Origin: an uncultured Verrucomicrobiae bacterium
GTDB taxonomy: Bacteria > Verrucomicrobiota > Verrucomicrobiia > Chthoniobacterales > UBA10450
Assembly: GCA_963803315.1 (NCBI GenBank)
Contig: CAWDLY010000020.1
Span: forward strand, 136,426 to 200,425
Reading direction: 5' to 3'
Length of the DNA: 64,000 nt
Numbering within the stretch: position 1 is the first letter of the stretch; each line of letters opens with the position of its first letter. A program made the translations under genes and the position numbers. The notes below the pieces were generated by a model. It did not search any database. It was given only the letters and a program-made list of their open reading frames with translations, and was not told the DNA's origin. Below are positions 56,833-64,000 of this stretch, in pieces.

Positions 56833-57332
56833 ATCCTTTAGCAAACGAATGGCCGATCAAACATCGCGCGGATGCTTGCGCCGTGACGCAACGGCCGTTC
56901 GTTTCGGGCGAGCAATTTTACACCCTGCTCTTTCGTGAAGGCGACGGTTTCCGGCGCGAAGATTTGAGCGAAGAAGCATGGGCTAATCGCAACGAAAACA
57001 TCCGCCCATTTTCATTCTGGAAAAGCCGCTACGAACCGCCGCCCGCCACGCCGCCGGAACCGATCGCAAAAGAAAGCGCGGAAGATTTTTTGCGCCGGTT
57101 GCTCGGGGAGAAAAATCCGGAACGCGCAAATGCCTGCTACGTGCTGGCCGTGATGCTCGAGCGCAAGCGCGTTCTCAAGCAGATAAAAAGCGAAGCGGCG
57201 GACGATGGTCGCGTCTTGATTTACGAACACAACAAGACAGGCGATGTTTTCATCGTGCCCGACCCGCAGTTGCGACTCGATGAAATCGAGAAAGTGCAGA
57301 CTGAAGTGGGCGCACTGCTGCGAAACGCCTAA
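56829..57332 (+). CDS. Conserved hypothetical protein
   Basis: 167 aa with ATGA overlap to the lptF/G-like gene. No family was recognised. Confidence 0.55.
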   Translation: MNPLANEWPIKHRADACAVTQRPFVSGEQFYTLLFREGDGFRREDLSEEAWANRNENIRPFSFWKSRYEPPPATPPEPIAKESAEDFLRRLLGEKNPERANACYVLAVMLERKRVLKQIKSEAADDGRVLIYEHNKTGDVFIVPDPQLRLDEIEKVQTEVGALLRNA

Positions 57333-57345
57333 CGAATCATTGCCA

Positions 57346-58374
57346 ATGACGCCTGCTCTTCCATGGTTTTCCGAAGGAAACTTCCCGCTCTACCTCGCTC
57401 CCATGGCGGGTGTGTCGGACAAGATTTTCCGGCAAATCTGCAAATCATACGGCGCCGACGTTCTCGTGACCGAATTCGTTTCGGCCGAAGGCGTCTTTCG
57501 GCGTAACGAACGCACGCGAGAATATCTCGACTTCGATGAGATCGAGCGCCCCATCGGCGTCCAACTTTTCGGCGCCAATGCCGCGCACATGGCGGAAGCG
57601 GCGCGTCACGTCGTCGATTGGGTTCGTCCGGATTTTATCGATCTCAATTTCGGTTGCCCGGTTAACAAAGTCGTCGCCAAGAATGGCGGCTCAGCTTTGC
57701 TGAAAGATTGTCCGACACTCGCCGCTGTCGCCGAGGCGGTCGTGCGCGCGGTCGCTCCGCTTCCTGTGACTGCGAAAATTCGCATCGGTTGGGACGCGGA
57801 TTCAATCAATGCGCCGCGCGTCGGCCAGCTTTTGGAAGAGTTGGGCATTGCTGCGATCGCGGTGCACGGACGCACCCGCGCGCAAGGTTATTCTGGCGCA
57901 GCGGATTGGAACGTCATCGGCGAGGTCGCTTCAGCGGTTTCGATTCCGGTGATCGGAAACGGCGATCTCACTACTGCGGCAATCGTTGCCGATCGACGTG
58001 CGAGAACCGGAATCGCCGGCGCGATGCTCGGCCGCGCCGCGATGAATGCGCCCTGGATTTTTCAGCAAATCAAAACTTATTTCACGACGAGCGAAGTGCC
58101 GCCGGCACCCGAACCCGCGAAGCGATGGGAATTAATCAGACGTCATTGCCAGCTGGCCGTTCAGGAATGGGGCGCGGAAGAACCAGCGATTCGCTCGATG
58201 CGCGCCCGCTTGATGGCGTACTCCAAAGGTTTTCCGGAAGGCAAAAGTTTGCGCGAAAAATTTCAGCACGTTTCAACGTTATCTGAGATCGCGCACATCG
58301 CCGACGAGCACCTATCAAGGAGCGGCAGTTTCCAAACTGCCGACAACGGCGCTTTGGAAAGCGCCGCTCCTTGA
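57346..58374 (+). CDS. dusB: tRNA-dihydrouridine synthase
   Basis: LYLAPMAGVSDKIFRQICKSYGADVLVTEFVSAEG, DLNFGCPVNKV, AIAVHGRTRAQGYSG. The last ~18 codons and the stop lie in repeat family E. Confidence 0.85.
   Translation: MTPALPWFSEGNFPLYLAPMAGVSDKIFRQICKSYGADVLVTEFVSAEGVFRRNERTREYLDFDEIERPIGVQLFGANAAHMAEAARHVVDWVRPDFIDLNFGCPVNKVVAKNGGSALLKDCPTLAAVAEAVVRAVAPLPVTAKIRIGWDADSINAPRVGQLLEELGIAAIAVHGRTRAQGYSGAADWNVIGEVASAVSIPVIGNGDLTTAAIVADRRARTGIAGAMLGRAAMNAPWIFQQIKTYFTTSEVPPAPEPAKRWELIRRHCQLAVQEWGAEEPAIRSMRARLMAYSKGFPEGKSLREKFQHVSTLSEIAHIADEHLSRSGSFQTADNGALESAAP
58317..58372. repeat. Palindromic repeat, family E (second copy)
   Basis: AAGGAGCGGCAGTTTCCAAACTGCCG..CGGCGCTTTGGAAAGCGCCGCTCCTT, the inverse orientation of 1453-1515. 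Confidence 0.7.
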
Positions 58375-58404
58375 CCGCTGCTCGTTAACGCGAGATTTTT
58401 CGTC

Positions 58405-58782
58405 GTGGAAAGCTCGCCAGCGAACGGACAGATCAATTACAAGATCGGCAACGAACGCCTGATCAAGGTAACGGAAAATGCCTCGCGTAAATTGGTCTCA
58501 CTGCTGGAGAAACAAGGTCGCGCTCAAGGCGCACTGCGCGTCGCCGTGATCGGTGGCGGCTGTTCGGGACTGCAATACAAAATGGACCTGGTCGACGGAC
58601 CCGCTAATCGCGACATCCTGGTTCAATCCGAAAATGTGCGCGTGGTGGTCGATCCAAAAAGCGCGCTTTTCGTGAGCGGTTCGCTTCTCGATTACAGCGA
58701 AGATCTGCAAAAAGGCGGATTCAAAGTCACGAATCCGAACGCAGTCGCGCACTGCTCTTGCGGCGAAAGCTTCGCCGCATGA
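58405..58782 (+). CDS. Iron-sulfur cluster insertion protein (HesB/IscA/ErpA family)
   Basis: VIGGGCSGLQYKMDL ... NPNAVAHCSCGESFAA, the C-terminal CxC signature. Confidence 0.8.
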   Translation: MESSPANGQINYKIGNERLIKVTENASRKLVSLLEKQGRAQGALRVAVIGGGCSGLQYKMDLVDGPANRDILVQSENVRVVVDPKSALFVSGSLLDYSEDLQKGGFKVTNPNAVAHCSCGESFAA

Positions 58783-59357
58783 CGGATTTTTTCGCGCTCT
58801 TCTCCCAACCGCGGCAGCCCTGGATCGAGCGCGGCGTATTGAAAGAAAGACATCATCAGCTCACGCGTCTTGCGCATCCGGACGTGCGCGGTCCGCATGC
58901 CGACCAGAAATTCGAAGACGTCAACGAAGGGTATCGGATCCTTTCCGATCCGAAATTGCGCATCGAACATCTTCTCGCGCTGGAAGGTTCCGGAAATCTC
59001 GCGAGAGATCGACCCCTTCCTGCTGATTTGCAGGAACTTTTTCTGCGCATCGGAACACTGCGCCAGGCAATGCAGCGAGTGTTCACGGCGCTTGGCGATG
59101 TCACGAGCGCCCTCAAGCTTTCTCTCGCAAAAAACGACCTGCTGCAGTTACAAAAGCAAACGAACGAAATGCTGGAGGAGTTGAATCGTTCTTACGACCG
59201 CTGTCTCAAAGAGCTTCGAAATTCGAACGAAGTTTGGAAACGTGCGCGGCAACAGGCCATCGCACAGCTACAATCTTTACGCGATCGCATTGCCTACCTC
59301 GCACGCTGGATCGCGCAGTTGAAGGAAATGGAGTTGCAGCTCAAGCTGCGCGGCTAA
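58779..59357 (+). CDS. J-domain co-chaperone (HscB-like)
   Basis: ATGA overlap with the preceding gene. FFALF...LKERHHQLTRLAHPDV (HPD motif), followed by a helical C-terminal domain. Confidence 0.65.
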   Translation: MTDFFALFSQPRQPWIERGVLKERHHQLTRLAHPDVRGPHADQKFEDVNEGYRILSDPKLRIEHLLALEGSGNLARDRPLPADLQELFLRIGTLRQAMQRVFTALGDVTSALKLSLAKNDLLQLQKQTNEMLEELNRSYDRCLKELRNSNEVWKRARQQAIAQLQSLRDRIAYLARWIAQLKEMELQLKLRG

Positions 59358-59366
59358 CGAGCAATC

Positions 59367-59380
59367 TGTTCATTTGAACT
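59367..59380. promoter_or_regulatory. Candidate LexA box (TGTTC-ATTT-GAACT)
   Basis: Lies 35 nt upstream of the lexA ATG. It fits the TGTTC-N4-GAACA palindrome that I recall being reported for Verrucomicrobia LexA. Confidence 0.6.
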
Positions 59381-59414
59381 TGCAAATCGCCTGGTCGTTA
59401 GCGAAACTCAGTTC

Positions 59415-60050
59415 ATGCTGACTGAGCGACAACGCAACGTCCTCGAATTCATTCAAAGCGAGCAGCGCGAAAAAGGGATTACGCCGAGCACACGCGAAAT
59501 CCAAACTCATTTCGGTCTGGCGAGCCAGACTTCGGTGATGCAATACCTCGCGGTTTTGGAGCGCAAAGGATTTATCGATCGCCACGCTCGTAAAGCGCGC
59601 GCGCTCATCACGCCGGTGCAGAAGGTTCGCATCACCGATATTCCAATTTACGGGCAGATCCCTGCCGGCATGGCGACGTTGACCGAGCAAACGATCGAAG
59701 GCCACGTTTCCCTTGATGCGCGCTCGGTAAATGCATCGAAAAATGGCCGCACTTTCGCGTTGCGCGTGCGAGGCGACTCGATGATCGACGCGCATATTCT
59801 TGATGGCGACATCGTCATCCTGGAAGACCGCAAAGACGTCCGGAATGGCGATATCGTCGCGGCGTTGATCGATGGCGAGACAACATTGAAGCGGTATGTA
59901 ACGGAACACGGGCGGCCTTATTTGAAGGCGGAGAATCCGTTGTATCCGGATCTGATCCCCGCGCGCGAATTGCGGGTGCAGGGTGTCATGGTTTCTCTGG
60001 TGCGGAAACAAGCAGCCGGGCAGGGCGGACAAAAGCGAAAACGCATCTAA
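59415..60050 (+). CDS. lexA: LexA repressor
   Basis: 211 aa with N-terminal wHTH (TPSTREIQTHFGLASQTSVMQYLAVLERKGFI) and the S24 peptidase part (GDSMIDAHILDGDIV...TLKRY). Confidence 0.9.
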   Translation: MLTERQRNVLEFIQSEQREKGITPSTREIQTHFGLASQTSVMQYLAVLERKGFIDRHARKARALITPVQKVRITDIPIYGQIPAGMATLTEQTIEGHVSLDARSVNASKNGRTFALRVRGDSMIDAHILDGDIVILEDRKDVRNGDIVAALIDGETTLKRYVTEHGRPYLKAENPLYPDLIPARELRVQGVMVSLVRKQAAGQGGQKRKRI

Positions 60051-60063
60051 GTTCGTTTGAACA
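60050..60063. promoter_or_regulatory. Candidate LexA box (AGTTC-GTTT-GAACA)
   Basis: Lies in the 25-nt lexA-imuA spacer and has the same half-sites and N4 spacing. Confidence 0.6.
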
Positions 60064-60075
60064 TATCTCAACCTC

Positions 60076-60834
60076 GTGCCATCCTCGGGGATGGAAGCGG
60101 GTTTCAGATTGGAGGGCGCCGCGTCCGCCGGTCGGACGGACTCGTCCCGTGGCGAGCTGTCGGCGCCAGATTTGAAACACGACAGCCCGCGTTCCTCCAA
60201 TAAACTCATCGATCTGCGGAAACTTCTCGCGGAGCGGTATCCGCATTCTTCGCCGATTCCTGCCAGCCGGTTAAAAACGAATATCGCGGCGCTCGATCGA
60301 GCGAGCGAAGGCGGACTGCCCAAAAACGCCATTACCGAAATCACCAGTCCTCATGCCAGCGGTGGAAGTGCGTCGCTGATCCATAAGCTTTTGCGGACAG
60401 CACATCGCGATCGTTATTTCCTGGCGCTTATTGATGGTCGGGATTCGTTCGATCCCGAGTCCATCGGAAATCCATGTTTGCGAAATCTGCTCTGGATTCG
60501 CTGCCATAATGCGATGGAAGCGGTGAAGGCAGCCGACTTGCTTTTGCGCGATGGAAATTTTCCTCTCGTTATTCTCGATCTGGTGCTGAACGCAGCGGAT
60601 GAATTGCGAAAAATTCCGCAGACTAGCTGGTATCGCCTGCAACGATTAGTAGAGCCGGTGGCGACGGCATTTCTGGTTCTGACGCGCCGAAGCATGGTCA
60701 GCAGCGCGCAATGGAAACTGACACTCGATAATTACTGGACGCTGGAACATCTGGAGAATCGTGACGTTGTTTCCGAACTAAAAATTCGCGTGCAACGCGT
60801 TCACGGCACGCGGGAAATCGCGGAAATGCGCTGA
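60076..60834 (+). CDS. imuA: ImuA (RecA-fold SOS mutagenesis cassette protein)
   Basis: 252 aa: GLPKNAITEITSPHASGGSASLIHKLL...FLALIDGRDSFDPES...LVILDL. Positioned between lexA and imuB. Confidence 0.75.
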   Translation: MPSSGMEAGFRLEGAASAGRTDSSRGELSAPDLKHDSPRSSNKLIDLRKLLAERYPHSSPIPASRLKTNIAALDRASEGGLPKNAITEITSPHASGGSASLIHKLLRTAHRDRYFLALIDGRDSFDPESIGNPCLRNLLWIRCHNAMEAVKAADLLLRDGNFPLVILDLVLNAADELRKIPQTSWYRLQRLVEPVATAFLVLTRRSMVSSAQWKLTLDNYWTLEHLENRDVVSELKIRVQRVHGTREIAEMR

Positions 60835-61355
60835 TGTTTGCCACGATTTATTTGCCGAACTTTTATCTGCAAGCAGTGCTGCGCCACCAAACGGAGCTGG
60901 GCATCCAACCGGTTGCCTTGCTCAACGCCGAGGATGCGAAACCAGTGATCTTGCAACTCAATCCGGCGGCAGAAAGCGCGGGCGTCTGCAAAGGAATGAC
61001 GCCCAGCCAGGGATTGGCGCGCTGTTTACATTTGGTTGTGAAAGTTCGAAGCCGGACTCAGGAAAAATTGCTCGATGAAATTTTGCTGCAACATGCCTTC
61101 ATGCTTGCGCCTTATGTGGAAGCAACCGCTCCCGGGATTTGCACCGTCGAATTTACCGATAACCGCAATCTGACCGACAAAGTCTCGCGCGTAATCGAGC
61201 GCCTGATCGACGCTGACGTGAATGCACAAGCAGGCATCGCCAGCACGCCCGATACGAGCTTGCTCGCCGCGCATCTGGCGAAACCGGTTTTGCAAATCGA
61301 CGACGCGAAACAATTTCTCGCGCCGCTCCCGATCGAAACGCTCGCGATCACTTAG
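60834..61355 (+). pseudogene. imuB: ImuB N-terminal third (truncated)
   Basis: MFATIYLPNFYLQAVLRH...GVCKGMTPSQGLARC...APGICTVEF...FLAPLPIETLAIT followed by a stop. It ends 27 nt before a family-B repeat. The continuation is at 47173-46225 on the other strand. Confidence 0.7.
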
Positions 61356-61382
61356 GAGCATCTGACGCTGTGGAAAAGCTCT

Positions 61383-61470
61383 GTCATTCCAAGCGCAGTC
61401 GAGGAATCTCTCATTGGTATTACCCGGCGGAATAAACAGTAAGAGATGTCTCGACTTTGCTCGACATGAC
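61383..61470. repeat. Palindromic MITE-like repeat (family B, inverse orientation)
   Basis: GTCATTCCAAGCGCAGTCGAGGAATCTCTC ... GAGATGTCTCGACTTTGCTCGACATGAC. Confidence 0.8.
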
Positions 61471-61481
61471 AGAACCCAGTT

Positions 61482-63023
61482 TCATCCGAAAGAACGCAAG
61501 CGCGGCCATAACTCACTCCATTTCACACGCAAACCGCGGCACAAAAAAATGTTCGGATTATCACTCGTTTCTTCGTTTTTGATCTGCCACGGATTTGGGG
61601 TGCGGCCAACGATCTCGACCGAATCAAAAAGCTTCTCGAGCCGCTCGCGCTTGCCGCCGAGGACGATCAATGATTCCGGCGGCGGAGTTCCGGGACCACG
61701 AGCCCAGTAGGAATTAATCCCGCTGATTGCAGATGGAAGTCCGTAAGCGGGACCGTACAGATCAATCGCCCCGGCTTCGCCGTAGTTTGCACAATAAATA
61801 CCCACGCGCGCGCGTTGGGATGCAGGCAGCGTTGCGTAAATCCGCGCCACTTCGCGCACGAGTTCCGGCCAGCCGATTTCTTCTACGAGATCGCCATTCT
61901 GTCTGATAGCGAAGCGAAAGAGCGGCGAATCAATTTTGCCCAGAGGCAGAATGGCAAAAGCGACAGCGCTGCCGATCAGCAACGCCAGTGTAATCGCTGC
62001 GTAGGCCGCGATCCTCCACGACGAGCGCACGCGCGCCAGAATCCGCTCCAGAGCCACCGCACCAGCCGCGATAAGCATCGGATAAACCGGTCCCATATAA
62101 TAACCGCGACCATGAGCGAGAAGAAGAATCGCAAATGGCACGAGCGTCATCCACGCGAGAACTCGATCGCTCCTATCGCGTGGTGCAATCAACAACGAAG
62201 ACAAACCCAGCAGCCAGAGCGGGACGGTGATGATGTTTGTTGCCTCGGAAAATTGATCGGCAACAAATCCGGATGTCCGACCGATACGCACATCGCGTTC
62301 GTGGATATGGCGAAGAAAATCCAGCGTGATGAAATGGTGGTGCCATTGCCACAGAAAATTTGGCAGCGCGATGAGGAGAGAGAGGGCTGCGCCAATCCAA
62401 AGCCATTTGCTCGTTAGGTATGACCGGAGCGGTGTTGCCAGGACTCCGCAAAGCAAACCGACGACGAAGAAAGCAGCCGTGTATTTTGTCTCGATCGCGA
62501 GACCGATGACTATCCCGACGGCCAGCCACCAGCGCGGATCTCGCGATCGAATAAGCCGCACCATGAAATAGGCAAGCAAGACGAACCAGAGATAATCAAA
62601 AGACACATATTGGAACAATGCGCTGGCACCGATTGAGATCGGCGCGATCGCCGTCGCCCCAGCGGCGATGAACATTGCGGCGCGTTTGCCGCCGAGTTCA
62701 CGCGCGATCAATCCGGCAACAACAATGGCGACACTTTGCGCGAGCGCCGCTAAAAATCGGAAGCCGGTGAGCGACGGCCCGAACAAGATCAGCTCGATTC
62801 GTCCAATGAGCGGCGTAAGCGGCGGATAAGCGACGTAGCCCCAATCCAGATGGCGCGCGTCTGAAAGCGTGGCCAGTTCGTCGCGATGAAAACCGTAGCG
62901 GGTATTGACCAGCAGGTGAAATACGAGTTTGAGCGCGGCGAACGCAATGAGAATGAGAAGATCAACATCCCTGCGCTGCCACGAACTGCCGGAAGTCGCT
63001 TTCACGCAGCCGCACGTTCCCAA
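61482..63023 (-). CDS. Glycosyltransferase family 39 (ArnT/PMT-like) membrane protein
   Basis: 513 aa with many TM segments and an N-terminal DE...YPPL loop (FHRDELATLSDARHLDWGYVAYPPLTP). Confidence 0.75.
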   Translation of the reverse strand: MGTCGCVKATSGSSWQRRDVDLLILIAFAALKLVFHLLVNTRYGFHRDELATLSDARHLDWGYVAYPPLTPLIGRIELILFGPSLTGFRFLAALAQSVAIVVAGLIARELGGKRAAMFIAAGATAIAPISIGASALFQYVSFDYLWFVLLAYFMVRLIRSRDPRWWLAVGIVIGLAIETKYTAAFFVVGLLCGVLATPLRSYLTSKWLWIGAALSLLIALPNFLWQWHHHFITLDFLRHIHERDVRIGRTSGFVADQFSEATNIITVPLWLLGLSSLLIAPRDRSDRVLAWMTLVPFAILLLAHGRGYYMGPVYPMLIAAGAVALERILARVRSSWRIAAYAAITLALLIGSAVAFAILPLGKIDSPLFRFAIRQNGDLVEEIGWPELVREVARIYATLPASQRARVGIYCANYGEAGAIDLYGPAYGLPSAISGINSYWARGPGTPPPESLIVLGGKRERLEKLFDSVEIVGRTPNPWQIKNEETSDNPNIFLCRGLRVKWSELWPRLRSFG

Positions 63024-64000
63024 CTATCCGCCGGCGTAGTCTGGATATTTTTCGTGCAGTTGTTTCGCGACACGATCCGCTTCGTCTTTGTGGCCCGCTT
63101 TTTCGTAGGCGAACGCGGCCTTTTCCAGAGCACGAGGCGTTATCGCCGGATCGTCGTAAAGAAGCGCAACACCCATGAACGCTTTACTCGCTTCATCGAA
63201 ACGCTGGCGCTCAAGCTCCACTTCGCCGGCCAGCAAACGGGCTTCGGCATTGACGCGACCTTCCGGTTGCAGCGTCATGATTTCCTCCGCGATTTTTTGC
63301 GCGTCGTCCGGTTTGTGTGCGCCGATCTTGGCGGCGCCCAGCGCGAGAAGGGTTTTTGCTTTGCCGGCCGGATCCGTCGCGGTCTGCAAATACTTTTCAT
63401 ACGCGGTTTCCGCCGCCGGAAAATTTTTCAACTTCGTTTCCGCGTCGCCGAGGTAAAACCAGAAATCCGGTTTAACCGCGCCGAGATTATCGCTTTGACT
63501 TAGCGCCGTCAGATATTTCTCGGCCACCGCGTAATTCTTTTCGTTGTAATATTCTATGCCGAGCCATTCCAGAATTTCCGCAGGCACCCTGGTCTGTGGA
63601 TTTGTCGACATGAACGCGTCGACTTCATTCGTTAGGGCGCTGCGATCCTTCAAATAAAAGTAGGCGGAGATAATTCGCAGAGTCGCGAGACTAAAATATT
63701 GCTCTTTGTTCAGAGTGCGCGCGGCATTCAATTCCGTGATCGCTGTTTTGTAATCCTTGTCGTCAAACGCCGCTTTGCCAATGTAGTAATGCGCCTGCGC
63801 CGCGACCGAGCTTTTTGGGAACTCCCTTAACAATTGCCGAAACGCATCGGACATCCCTTTGTTATTTTCCTCCTGTCCGAGAATAAGCGCTTTTTGTTGC
63901 AGAGCGGCTTCGCGTTCGTGCGCCTTGGGATAGCTAGCCAAAAGCGCATTCAGGTCCTGTAGGGCAGCGCTGTAATTCTTGCTGTCCTGGTACGAGAGAG
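63024..64000 (-). CDS. TPR-repeat protein (N-terminus beyond window end)
   Basis: The reading frame stays open upstream of the ORF-track start through 64000 (..LSYQDSKNYSAALQDLNALLASYPKAHE..). TPR-like A/Y/L periodicity throughout. Confidence 0.65.
   Translation of the reverse strand, partial: LSYQDSKNYSAALQDLNALLASYPKAHEREAALQQKALILGQEENNKGMSDAFRQLLREFPKSSVAAQAHYYIGKAAFDDKDYKTAITELNAARTLNKEQYFSLATLRIISAYFYLKDRSALTNEVDAFMSTNPQTRVPAEILEWLGIEYYNEKNYAVAEKYLTALSQSDNLGAVKPDFWFYLGDAETKLKNFPAAETAYEKYLQTATDPAGKAKTLLALGAAKIGAHKPDDAQKIAEEIMTLQPEGRVNAEARLLAGEVELERQRFDEASKAFMGVALLYDDPAITPRALEKAAFAYEKAGHKDEADRVAKQLHEKYPDYAGG

Overview
A 64-kb chromosomal window from a GC-rich (roughly high-50s %) bacterium. 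The LexA-box type, the ECF sigma/Ser-Thr kinase pairing and the repeat families suggest a soil Verrucomicrobiota-like lineage; that assignment is inference only.

Gene content:
- Housekeeping and metabolic genes: mgtE, a fadB-like gene plus acyl-CoA dehydrogenase, bcp, maf, pgsA, moaE, gnd, dinG, lptF/G, dusB, iscA/hscB-like genes, and a tRNA-Gly.
- An EPS export trio: outer-membrane barrel, Wzc-like kinase and Wza-like exporter.
- A HlyD/ABC/ABC-2 exporter operon.
- An SOS mutagenesis set (lexA, imuA, imuB, dnaE2) that is physically split.
- A ~17-kb accessory segment (about 12.6-29.5 kb). It carries a tandemly duplicated module of ECF sigma, membrane Ser/Thr kinase with TPR domain, and TonB-dependent receptor, plus two small secreted proteins and a PaaX-like regulator.

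Main observations:
1. A 9-10-mer, GCCTAACGA(G), is massively over-represented on both strands.
2. There are at least five families of palindromic repeats. Some are inserted in-frame in fadB-like and dnaE2. One family appears in a composite form whose two arms flank a GIY-YIG nuclease gene.
3. A 16-bp perfect palindrome, TGTTCCGTACGGAACA, occurs five times, all within or at the edge of the accessory segment.
4. A conserved promoter-like motif precedes the receptor genes and the secreted-protein genes.
5. The accessory segment is bracketed by ~255-bp direct repeats of the ABC-2 permease 3' end. The two copies differ only at synonymous sites.
6. An octanucleotide tract sits in the signal-peptide region of a subtilase gene.
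7. Many genes need frameshifts to be read through. This could be real decay or homopolymer sequencing error; the sequence alone cannot distinguish the two.

No CRISPR array, rRNA gene, integrase, transposase or prophage genes were recognised.
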